DNA from: Candidatus Woesearchaeota archaeon
GTDB lineage: Archaea > Nanobdellota > Nanobdellia > Pacearchaeales > GW2011-AR1
Assembly: GCA_964576755.1 (NCBI GenBank)
Contig: CAZNUV010000004.1
Coordinates: 740 to 64,739 of the forward strand
Reading direction: 5' to 3'
Length of the DNA: 64,000 nucleotides
Both the position numbers and the translations under genes were made by a program. Below the pieces are notes generated by a model. That model did no database searches. It saw only the letters and a program-made list of their open reading frames with translations, and was not told the origin of the DNA. Position 1 is the first letter of the stretch. The number at the start of each line of letters is the position of its first letter. Positions 30,604-39,110 of the stretch are shown one piece after another.

Positions 30604-30660
30604 AATTTATGAAATATTAAGGGAAGAAGTTAATGTGATTGGAATAAATCTAATAAACTC

Positions 30661-30830
30661 CATTATTATTCTGAATTTTTAAGTAGGGAGAATACGATTA
30701 GCGAAGAAGATATGTTAATGAATTTAACTAAAACTCAAATTGAGAAGCAATTAGTAAAATCGGAAAATGAGAAGGATATTTTGAAAGAAAGGGTTGAGGT
30801 GCTGGAGAAGTAGATGAAAGTTATTGCTTA
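30661..30830 (+). pseudogene. Remnant of a second integrase 3' end
   Basis: Translates to EEDMLMNLTKTQIEKQLVKSENEKDILKERVEVLEK*, versus NEDDMLVDLTKTEIEKKLVKSENEKEILQDRVEMLEKQ in the intact gene (nt 30370-30540). There is no upstream ORF. Confidence 0.75.
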
Positions 30831-30925
30831 AATGATTAAATGAGGATTATGTAAGAGAAATAGCTAGATATTTCATCAAATTCTAAAATAGGGAAATTTA
30901 AAAATACTGTATTATTAGTTATCTT

Positions 30926-31759
30926 ATGATTAAAATTCCAACTTTTCTTAAATGGATTGGAGGAAAGAGGAGACTTATTTCTCAAATAGATCCGCATCTG
31001 CCAGATAAAATTGAATCATATTATGATCCCTTTTTAGGAGCAGGTTCAATGTTTTTTTATATAAAACAGAAATATCCTCTAAAAAAATGTGTTATCTCAG
31101 ATATAAATAGGGATTTAATTGATGTTTATAAATCGGTAAGGGATAATCCTAAACAATTAATGAAATTTCTTAAATTCTATGTGAAAAACAATTCAGAAAG
31201 TTTTTATTATAAAATCAGAAAAAAGTTCAATGAACATGAGATTCATGGATTAAATAGAAGTGCTGCATTCATATATATGAATAAAACTTGTTTTAATGGG
31301 GTTTTTAGAGTAAATTCTAAGGGAGAGTTTAATGTTCCTTATGGAAAAAGAAAAAATCCTGAGATTTTTAATAAGGAGACTATTTTATTTGCGAGTAAAT
31401 TGCTTCAAGGAGTGGATATTCGATGTCAAGATTATGAAAAAATAATCTCTGAAATAAAAGATAAAGATTTTCTATATTTAGATCCTTGTTACGACCCATT
31501 AAAAAGAACGAGTTTTGCAAATTATACTGAGAAAAGATTTTGTGATAAAGATAGTGAAAGATTAAGGATATTTATCTCTAAGGTAAGGAATTTTGGAGCA
31601 AGAATTTTATTAAGCAATAATTTTGTTGACTCAATAAGGAAAAGATACCCTTTAGATCAGGGCTATGATTTAAAAATAGTTTATTGTCCAAGATCAATAA
31701 ATTCAAATGCTACGGGTAGAGGGAAAATTAAAGAATATTTAATTAAGGCAGGATATTAA
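30926..31759 (+). CDS. Dam-family (D12 class, alpha) N6-adenine DNA methyltransferase
   Basis: LKWIGGKRRL, DPFLGAGS (FxGxG), and LYLDPCYDP in place of DPPY. Confidence 0.8.
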   Translation: MIKIPTFLKWIGGKRRLISQIDPHLPDKIESYYDPFLGAGSMFFYIKQKYPLKKCVISDINRDLIDVYKSVRDNPKQLMKFLKFYVKNNSESFYYKIRKKFNEHEIHGLNRSAAFIYMNKTCFNGVFRVNSKGEFNVPYGKRKNPEIFNKETILFASKLLQGVDIRCQDYEKIISEIKDKDFLYLDPCYDPLKRTSFANYTEKRFCDKDSERLRIFISKVRNFGARILLSNNFVDSIRKRYPLDQGYDLKIVYCPRSINSNATGRGKIKEYLIKAGY

Positions 31760-31760
31760 G

Positions 31761-33374
31761 ATGGAAATTAAGACATATGAGGAATCTTTAAAAAAAATAA
31801 AAGCCAAGGGCTTGAATAATGAAGAAAAGAAAGTAAACAAGTTATTTCTAGATTTTAATTTTAATTTTATCGATTGTAATTCTAAATTTTATAGGGCTGG
31901 GGAAGAAATAGGTGAAATTGATGGGATTTTTACCTTGGGTGATGATTATTTATTTTTAATTGAAGTTGGAAAAGAGAAGGGTTCAGACAGATCTGAAAAA
32001 ATAACAAAATTTTTATCTAAATGGTCTTCTGAAGAAAATCTTAATGAAATCTTAAAAAATAAGAAAATTAAAAAAGAGATTAAAATTATTAGAATCTATG
32101 TAGATTTTTATGAAAATGGCACTAAAGTTGGATTGAATAAGGCATCCCTTCAACACCTCAATGAGGAAACAAATAAAATAATTTATGGGGAAGATATTGA
32201 ATATTATATAAAATCATATGCATTAATAGGATCTTTTGCAAAAAATGAATTATTATTTGATTTAGATTTAAAACCCCTCAAAAAAAATTATGAAGATAAG
32301 GATGCTATTAGAATCCCTTTAGGTAATAAGATGGCATTTTTATTTCATGCAACGGCAGAGGAATTATTGAATACCTCTTATATCTATCGAAAGAAGGAGT
32401 CCTCTCTAGATGGGTATCAACGAATTCTAAAACCCAATAGGGTTAACAAGATAAGAGAAGCTATACAAAAAGAAAAAATCTTAGCATTTCCTAATTCAAT
32501 TATTTTAAGTAGCCGTGAAAAATTATGTGCAGGTTTTGACAAAAGTCCTGGAATTTGTAAGATAAAAATGCCTAATAGTTATCTTTCATTCAAGGTGGTT
32601 GATGGTCAACATAGGTTAATGGGTTTTTCAAAATTAGATAAAAATTTAAGGGAAGATCATCATCTCCCTGTTGTTGCTTTTGAGGATTTAAATAAAACTG
32701 ATGAGCTTCAAACATTCATAACAATTAATACTGAACAAAAGAAAATAGATCCTAATCTTTTACTTATTCTTAAGGCAGATATTGATTTAGAAGAAAAAGA
32801 TAAATTTTTTATAGAAAAACAAGCTGTATTAATTATTAAAAAATTAAATAATGATAAAAACTTTTTTTTAAAAAATAGAATTTTTTTAGGATATAATGAG
32901 ATTAAAGGTGCGAAGATCACATTAACAACACTAGTGTCTGCAATTAAGAAAAATAATCTTATCTGTGGAAAGTATCATTTACTACAAACAAATATTTCAG
33001 AAATTGATAAACCTTATCGGGAAATTAAAAAAATTTTAATTTCTGCGAGAAAAAGTTTAAGAAGTTTTTGTAATTTGAAAAAAACGAAAAAAGCTGATAG
33101 TTTCTTTCTTTCAAATAATGGATTAAGAGTTTTATTCAGGTTAATACAATTTTTCCTAAGAAATAAAAATAAGAAATATGTAAGCTCAGAAGAGAATTAC
33201 GATAGTTTTTTTAAAGATGTCTCAGAAGTTTTATCTGGAGAAGATGTTGAAGAGTTAATGAAAGACTTTGGAGAGGGAGGATTTTCTAATGCGACTTCAA
33301 AAATAATAAAGAAACTTAAGGCATCTAAAAAAGAAAAATACAAAAAATTTAAGGAAGATTTAAGAAAGTTATAG
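31761..33374 (+). CDS. DGQHR-domain (DndB/ParB-like) protein with N-terminal nuclease-like region
   Basis: ..LDGYQRIL..NSIILS.. and ..FKVVDGQHRLMGF..FITINTEQKKI... The N-terminal ..GEIDGIF..LFLIEVGKEK.. resembles a PD-(D/E)xK core. The ATG is 1 nt after the Dam stop. Confidence 0.7.
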   Translation: MEIKTYEESLKKIKAKGLNNEEKKVNKLFLDFNFNFIDCNSKFYRAGEEIGEIDGIFTLGDDYLFLIEVGKEKGSDRSEKITKFLSKWSSEENLNEILKNKKIKKEIKIIRIYVDFYENGTKVGLNKASLQHLNEETNKIIYGEDIEYYIKSYALIGSFAKNELLFDLDLKPLKKNYEDKDAIRIPLGNKMAFLFHATAEELLNTSYIYRKKESSLDGYQRILKPNRVNKIREAIQKEKILAFPNSIILSSREKLCAGFDKSPGICKIKMPNSYLSFKVVDGQHRLMGFSKLDKNLREDHHLPVVAFEDLNKTDELQTFITINTEQKKIDPNLLLILKADIDLEEKDKFFIEKQAVLIIKKLNNDKNFFLKNRIFLGYNEIKGAKITLTTLVSAIKKNNLICGKYHLLQTNISEIDKPYREIKKILISARKSLRSFCNLKKTKKADSFFLSNNGLRVLFRLIQFFLRNKNKKYVSSEENYDSFFKDVSEVLSGEDVEELMKDFGEGGFSNATSKIIKKLKASKKEKYKKFKEDLRKL

Positions 33375-33380
33375 AATACC

Positions 33381-33995
33381 TCAAATCCACTTCCCATCCA
33401 ACTCAATCCCAATCCAACCTCTATCTAACTCCTCACAAGCCTTACAAGTCGAACCACTACCTGCAAAAGGATCCAAAACAAGATCCCCTTTCTTAGAACT
33501 ATGAAGGATCATTTTCTTTAGTAAATCAATTGGCTTTTCATGGGGATGATTAGTTTTATTATGATTAATATGGCTGCAAGTTTGAACATCAGAGAAGTTT
33601 GTTAATTTATATTTTGGCCTACCTTTCTCAAGAACCAATATCAATTCGTACTGATGCCTAAAAGCCCACCCAAGTCCAAAATTATGTTTTTTCCAAACTA
33701 CCAAATGCCTAATCTTAAACTTAGTATATCTTAAGATGAATTCTGTCAAAAATGGATAATGTTTCCAGTTAGTAAACAAATAAAGCGAACTATTCAATTT
33801 CAAAACCCGATACATTTCAACCAAAGCCGAACAATTAATTAAAGGATTCTCATTGTTTTTAATTACTTTGTTGTTCCAACCATAAGCCACATTATCTCCA
33901 TAGGGAGGATCTGTAACAATCAAATCGACACATCGGCACGGCATTTTCTGCATAACCTTAATACAATCCCCATGAATTATTTTATTCAATTCCAT
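33381..33995 (-). CDS. Beta-class N4/N6 DNA methyltransferase
   Basis: DLIVTDPPYG near the N-terminus and DPFAGSGST near the C-terminus. 204 aa. Confidence 0.8.
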   Translation of the reverse strand: MELNKIIHGDCIKVMQKMPCRCVDLIVTDPPYGDNVAYGWNNKVIKNNENPLINCSALVEMYRVLKLNSSLYLFTNWKHYPFLTEFILRYTKFKIRHLVVWKKHNFGLGWAFRHQYELILVLEKGRPKYKLTNFSDVQTCSHINHNKTNHPHEKPIDLLKKMILHSSKKGDLVLDPFAGSGSTCKACEELDRGWIGIELDGKWI

Positions 33996-34182
33996 TTTTC
34001 TTCAAAAGCTTATTTAATTTTTCCTCGATAATAATTAATTGGGGCTTTAAATAAATCCTAGATAAGCAATAATTGTTGAGACTAGTATTTTCTTCTCTCG
34101 CCAATCGTTTTAATTTCTCAATCTGAGGAGTTTCTAATACAAGATGTATTTGTGCATTCTTTTTCATGTCTTCTCCTGACAA
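33982..34182 (-). CDS. Ribbon-helix-helix (CopG/Arc-like) protein
   Basis: ..IHLVLETPQIEKLKRLAREENTSLNNYCLSRI.. has a beta-alpha-alpha pattern. It overlaps the MTase start by 14 nt. The true start may be the internal ATG (MKKNAQ..). Confidence 0.5.
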   Translation of the reverse strand: MSGEDMKKNAQIHLVLETPQIEKLKRLAREENTSLNNYCLSRIYLKPQLIIIEEKLNKLLKKNGIE

Positions 34183-34381
34183 TATCTCTTAAGAGTTCAT
34201 TTAATTCCTTCAGCTTAGAGATGATCTCCTCCCCAATATCTTCTGCAATTTTTTCTTTCATAAAAAAACTATTCAAAGAGTATTTATAAAAAATCAGAGA
34301 AAAAATAGCTATTTTTTAAACTATCTTTTAGCCCTTAATTTTTCTCCGAGTTAATTTATAATAAACTAATCAACAACAATC

Positions 34382-34543
34382 ATGAAAAAAAATTGTATTC
34401 TTTGTGGTATCCCTCTTGATGAGCTTGAAGATTTATGTGAAACTTGTCTTGCTGTGATGAAAGCAAAGTACCCTGATAAAAAAGAATTTGAAAAAACCTT
34501 ACAATGGCACAAAAACCATACCAAACTAAAACAAAAACGCTGA
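34382..34543 (+). CDS. Possible small zinc-binding protein (53 aa, not in track)
   Basis: Hand translation gives MKKNCILCGIPLDELEDLCETCLAVMKAKYPDKKEFEKTLQWHKNHTKLKQKR, with a CxxC..CxxC pattern. It overlaps the next ORF by 40 nt. Confidence 0.3.
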   Translation: MKKNCILCGIPLDELEDLCETCLAVMKAKYPDKKEFEKTLQWHKNHTKLKQKR

Positions 34544-34845
34544 AAGTCCTTCCACTTGTAATCTTGCTATTGCTTGTGTTGATGCAAATTGGAATGGTTG
34601 TGGCTGCAGATGACTCTGATTTTGAAGAGATTCTAAAGCCTCTAACAACTATTTACAATCTTGTAAAATATGCAGCAACCATCATTGCAGGATTAGTAAT
34701 GCTCTTTGCAGGAGTTACATATATTTCAAGTGGTTCAGATCCGGGCAAACGAGAGAAAGCCAAGAATATGGTGATGTATGTTATCATCGGCTTAATTGTA
34801 ATCTGGGCTGCACCTTTCGTTGTAGATCTGATCTTAGGAGATTAG
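34504..34845 (+). CDS. VirB2/TrbC-like pilin candidate
   Basis: 113 aa. Basic N-terminus, signal-like helix ending ..MVVAADD, then two hydrophobic helices joined by the loop SSGSDPGKREKAKN. This is VirB2/TrbC hairpin architecture, and the gene sits upstream of VirB6- and VirB4-like genes. Confidence 0.55.
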   Translation: MAQKPYQTKTKTLKVLPLVILLLLVLMQIGMVVAADDSDFEEILKPLTTIYNLVKYAATIIAGLVMLFAGVTYISSGSDPGKREKAKNMVMYVIIGLIVIWAAPFVVDLILGD

Positions 34846-34850
34846 GTAAA

Positions 34851-35231
34851 ATGCAAATGAAAACTTTATTTATTTTTTTAATGGCAGTTGCTTTGACATT
34901 GCCCTTAGCAACTGCCTTCAATTGCACTGCTCTTGATGGCGAGAATAAGAAAGTTTGTAACTATATTGAGGGTCAACCATGGTCTCAATCTGAAAAAGAT
35001 TCTGTAATTCAAGACATGATTGATAATGGTGGAACATTAGATGGAGATTTTAATTCAATCCTTAATAAACCAGTAGAAGATACATTTCAATTAAATAAAC
35101 TTGAAGAAGTAGATTTAAAGATTAGTGATGAAAATAAAACATTTTTAATAGATTTTTCTTCAATTTCAATCTTTGGATATGTTGTTTATGCTTTTCTTAG
35201 AAAATACTATCTTCTATTAAGATTTTTATGA
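34851..35231 (+). CDS. Exported protein with C-terminal anchor
   Basis: Signal peptide (..LPLATAF|N) and a C-terminal TM. Confidence 0.45.
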   Translation: MQMKTLFIFLMAVALTLPLATAFNCTALDGENKKVCNYIEGQPWSQSEKDSVIQDMIDNGGTLDGDFNSILNKPVEDTFQLNKLEEVDLKISDENKTFLIDFSSISIFGYVVYAFLRKYYLLLRFL

Positions 35232-36055
35232 CCTCTTGCGGGATTACTAATCTTGGTTCTTGTTTAGTTGAAAAATTATTTGAGTTTATTATTTATCTTT
35301 TAAACTTACCAATTAAACCAATTTTAATTCTTATTAATAATCTGATGATTGAGCCAGTAAATATCGATATATTTGCTAGTATCTGGGCTGTAATAATCTA
35401 CATGCTTTCATTATTTTATGGAATACTTCTTTTATTTATTGGATTTAGGTTTCTAGTTTCCGGATATTCTCCAGAACAAAGGGAAAAAGCCAAGAAAAGT
35501 CTTGCAAATATTCTAATTATGATGGTTCTAATTCAAATAAGTTTTTTTCTTTATTCATTAGTTTTAGAGATAATGGCTTCAATGACTGCAGTAGTCTATA
35601 ATTCAATCCCTTCAGATTTTTTCTTAATAACTTTGGATAGTTTTAGTAATATGGGTCTAGAATTGACTTTATTACTTCCTTATGTTGCAATATTAGTAAT
35701 AACGTTGATTTTTCTTACATTAAGATATATTTGTGTAGGTGTTGGAGTTGTTTTCTTTGCTATTGGGATTTTCTTTTACTTTATTGAGCCATTGGAAGCT
35801 TATGGAAAATTAATCTTAAATTATCTGGGGGTTTTGATAGCATTGCCTTTCTTTTATTCAATTATCCTTTTAGCTTCTTCAAAGTTTTTAGAAATCGGAA
35901 TTTTTTCAAATTTGAAAATCTTAGTAATGATTGGGGGCTTTGGCCTTGTTAATTTATTTACATTATTCCTAGCTTTATTTGTAATTTTTAAAGCAGCAAA
36001 TGCAATTGCAACACCTGTAAGTCAGGTAGTAAGCATTGTGGGTGCAGGAGCTTAA
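35228..36055 (+). CDS. VirB6/TrbL-like polytopic membrane protein
   Basis: 275 aa with about 6-7 TM segments. It overlaps the upstream stop (ATGA) and is followed after 1 nt by the VirB4-like gene. Confidence 0.5.
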   Translation: MTSCGITNLGSCLVEKLFEFIIYLLNLPIKPILILINNLMIEPVNIDIFASIWAVIIYMLSLFYGILLLFIGFRFLVSGYSPEQREKAKKSLANILIMMVLIQISFFLYSLVLEIMASMTAVVYNSIPSDFFLITLDSFSNMGLELTLLLPYVAILVITLIFLTLRYICVGVGVVFFAIGIFFYFIEPLEAYGKLILNYLGVLIALPFFYSIILLASSKFLEIGIFSNLKILVMIGGFGLVNLFTLFLALFVIFKAANAIATPVSQVVSIVGAGA

Positions 36056-36056
36056 A

Positions 36057-39000
36057 ATGTATGAGATTCCTCAACAATTAGAGTATAAGGAAAAAATAGT
36101 CTTTGGATTAACATTTCCACAATTAGCTTATGCTCTTGTATTTTTCCCTTTTGTTTTCTCATTTTTGTTTAAGATTAATGCAGATATTTATGTGAGAGTT
36201 TTTCTAGCTTCAATTCCGGCATTACTAGCTTCTGGATTTATGTTTTTTGATTTAAGTGGAAAGATAAAAAGAGGATATATTTGGTTTAAACTTCGAGAAA
36301 TAAGAACTGAGAAACAAAAAAAATTAGACCTAGAAAAAAGGCAAGGAGAACTAGAAAAAAGAAGGGAAGATAAATTAGAGAATAAACAAAAACCCAAGGG
36401 GGAGAAGCCTGAAAAGAAAATTGAAAAAGAAAAGCCCGAAAGGAATGATGTTAAGAATTTTTTTAAAATAGAAAAAATAGAAAAAAATATTATTCATTAT
36501 GACAACAAAAAAATTGCTGTTCTGAGAGTTGACTCATTAAACTTTGGAATAAAGCCCTTGAAGGAGCAGGAGACAATTATGTTATCTTTCCAGAAATTCT
36601 TAAATTCAATTGATTTTCCAATTCAAATTTTAATGACTACAGAAACATTAGACTTAGAGGATTATCTTGGATGTCTTGCTAATAAGATAATTGAAGAAAG
36701 GAATCGGGAGATTTTTGATTCATATAAATCCCATATGAAAAATTTAATTGAGAAGAATAGTGCGATGAATAGGAATTTTTATATTGTTATTCCAGAAGTT
36801 AGTGATCTTGAAATTCAAATGAGATTATGTGAAGAAAGACTTCATAGCTTAAATCTTAAGACTTATCGACTAAAGAAATCAGAATTAGAGAAGATGTTTT
36901 CTAAAATTTTTGGATCAAAAAAGATGTTACCCGAATCTATAAAAAATTCTCCAGATTTTGTTGAGGTCGATGGCAAATTCCACAAAATAATTTATGCTCA
37001 TGGATACCCAAGGTCAGTTGAAAAAGGCTTTTTGGACAGATTAGTTAGTTGCTCAGGGAACTTTGATTTTTCCCTACATATAACTCCCCGTCCAATAGAA
37101 GAAACTTTAATTTTATTAAATAGAGAGTTACAAAAGCAAAGGGCGGATATTTATTCAGCAAAGATAAAGAATCAGTTTAATCCTAGTCTTGAAATAAAAT
37201 ATAAGGACACTAAAGCAGTTCTTACAAACTTACAGAAGGGAAACGAGAAACTTTTCAATATTAGCTTTTATATTAATTGTAGGGCAGATAACTTAAAGGA
37301 ACTTAAGCTTCTAGCTAGGAAAATTGAGTCCGAACTTAATTCCTTGCTTATTATTCCAAGACAGCCAAACTTTAGGATGATTCAAGGATTCAAATCCTGC
37401 TTGCCATTAGCTAAGGATTTTTTAAGGGCGACTAGAAATATTACAACTTCGGCACTGTCGGCATTTTTCCCATTTACATCTTCCTTCTTTAAGTTTGATG
37501 AAACTGGTGTGTGGTTTGGACTAAATAAAAATAATATCCCTATAATTCGAGATATTTTCAAATTATCTAACTCTAATGGGATGTGTTTGGCTAGTTCCGG
37601 GGCGGGGAAAAGTTATATGGCAAAACTTTTCATAACAAGACATTTGCTTAATGGGACAAAAGTTATTGTGATTGATCCTCAAGGCGAATATAAAAACTTA
37701 GTTGAAAAATTTAAGGGTCAAAGAATTAATCTTTCTAGAACTTCCAATACTATGATTAATCCCTTGGATTTAATGGGGCACGATTACGCTGAGAAAAGAC
37801 TTTCTCTGATGGATTTAATGCCTGTTATGTTAGGGCAATTAACCGAGCCTCAGAAGTCATTTATTGATCAGGCTTTGACCGAAGCTTATGAGAGAAAAGA
37901 GATTTATATGAATGATAAGAAGAGTTGGGCTAACGAACCGCCGATTTTAGGCGACGTGTTAAATGTTCTACAGACAATGGAGGAAACGGCTATTAATCTC
38001 GAGAAAACTACCTTACGAAGCCTAATAAACCGACTACGGCTATATGTCGATGGGGTTTTCTCTTTTTTGAATAGGCATACTAATATAGATTTTAAGAATA
38101 ATTTTGTTTGCTTTGATATTGGTAATATGCCAAGACAGGTTAAGCCGACAATTATGTTTTTGGTACTTGATTATGTTTACATGAAGATGAAAAAGGATAT
38201 CAATAGAAAACTTCTAGTTATTGATGAGGCTTGGTCTTTGCTGTCTAGAGCAGAAGAGGCATCCTATATTTTTGAGATTGTGAAGACTTGTCGTAAATTC
38301 AATATGGGACTTTTCTTAATTAATCAAGAAGTTGAAGGTATGCTTAACTCTGAGGCGGGGCGTTCAGCCCTTGCCAATTCTTCTTATACAATCTTACTTA
38401 GACAAAAACCTGCAGTAATTGATGGCATTCAGAAAGTTTTTCATTTGAGTAATGTGGAGAGAATTGCATTGCTAACTGCGGGAGTGGGTGAAGGTATACT
38501 CTTAATGGAAGATGAACATTCTGAATTGAAAATAGTTGCCTCAAAAGAAGAACATAAACAGATCACAACTAATGCGGATGAGCTTCTTGAGGCAGAACCT
38601 GAAGAAGAAGTCAAGGGCAAAAAGGTCAATGTCAAAGTTGATGAAAATGAAAGAGTTCATTTATCTAAGGACTTATCTGAAGGCGACAAAACTTATTTGA
38701 GTAGAAAAAGATTTGGAGAAGTTAAGTATAAAGGAATCGATGGAAAGTTTCACAAATATTTTGTTAAGAAATACAAGAATGAATCACCACAGCATATGAT
38801 TTGGGTTTATGAAATTTCCAATTATTTAAAGAAGTTCACAAATAAGATTGAAACTCCTAGGACTGCTAAGGCAGATATTATTTTTGAGGTTAAGGGTAAA
38901 AAATATGGGATTGAAGTGGAGACTGGGAAATTAATTAAGAAGGATAAATCTAAAATTGAAAATAAAGTTAAGTATCTTAATTCAGATTTTGATAAAAATT

Positions 39001-39110
39001 GGTTTTTCTTTGTGACTAATCTTCATCTAAAGAAAAAATATCAAAAGTTTGGTAGTGCATTTGACCATAGGGGAATAAAAAGAAAAGTTACTAATTTATT
39101 CAAAAAGTAG
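36057..39110 (+). CDS. VirB3/PrgI-like membrane domain fused to a VirB4/TrbE-family ATPase, with an extra C-terminal domain
   Basis: N-terminus ..EYKEKIVFGLTFPQLAY.. plus two TM segments (PrgI/VirB3-like). Walker A ASSGAGKSY, Walker B LLVIDEAW. About 185-aa tail with ..ADIIFEV..YGIEVETGK... Track start TTG 36036; ATG 36057 preferred. Confidence 0.8.
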   Translation: MYEIPQQLEYKEKIVFGLTFPQLAYALVFFPFVFSFLFKINADIYVRVFLASIPALLASGFMFFDLSGKIKRGYIWFKLREIRTEKQKKLDLEKRQGELEKRREDKLENKQKPKGEKPEKKIEKEKPERNDVKNFFKIEKIEKNIIHYDNKKIAVLRVDSLNFGIKPLKEQETIMLSFQKFLNSIDFPIQILMTTETLDLEDYLGCLANKIIEERNREIFDSYKSHMKNLIEKNSAMNRNFYIVIPEVSDLEIQMRLCEERLHSLNLKTYRLKKSELEKMFSKIFGSKKMLPESIKNSPDFVEVDGKFHKIIYAHGYPRSVEKGFLDRLVSCSGNFDFSLHITPRPIEETLILLNRELQKQRADIYSAKIKNQFNPSLEIKYKDTKAVLTNLQKGNEKLFNISFYINCRADNLKELKLLARKIESELNSLLIIPRQPNFRMIQGFKSCLPLAKDFLRATRNITTSALSAFFPFTSSFFKFDETGVWFGLNKNNIPIIRDIFKLSNSNGMCLASSGAGKSYMAKLFITRHLLNGTKVIVIDPQGEYKNLVEKFKGQRINLSRTSNTMINPLDLMGHDYAEKRLSLMDLMPVMLGQLTEPQKSFIDQALTEAYERKEIYMNDKKSWANEPPILGDVLNVLQTMEETAINLEKTTLRSLINRLRLYVDGVFSFLNRHTNIDFKNNFVCFDIGNMPRQVKPTIMFLVLDYVYMKMKKDINRKLLVIDEAWSLLSRAEEASYIFEIVKTCRKFNMGLFLINQEVEGMLNSEAGRSALANSSYTILLRQKPAVIDGIQKVFHLSNVERIALLTAGVGEGILLMEDEHSELKIVASKEEHKQITTNADELLEAEPEEEVKGKKVNVKVDENERVHLSKDLSEGDKTYLSRKRFGEVKYKGIDGKFHKYFVKKYKNESPQHMIWVYEISNYLKKFTNKIETPRTAKADIIFEVKGKKYGIEVETGKLIKKDKSKIENKVKYLNSDFDKNWFFFVTNLHLKKKYQKFGSAFDHRGIKRKVTNLFKK

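Noticed and set aside
34118-34261. 47-codon minus-strand ORF (MKEKIAEDIGEEIISKLKELNELLRDIV..) upstream of the RHH gene
   Set aside because: It overlaps the RHH ORF by about 50 nt in another frame and has no motif. It cannot be supported without comparative data.
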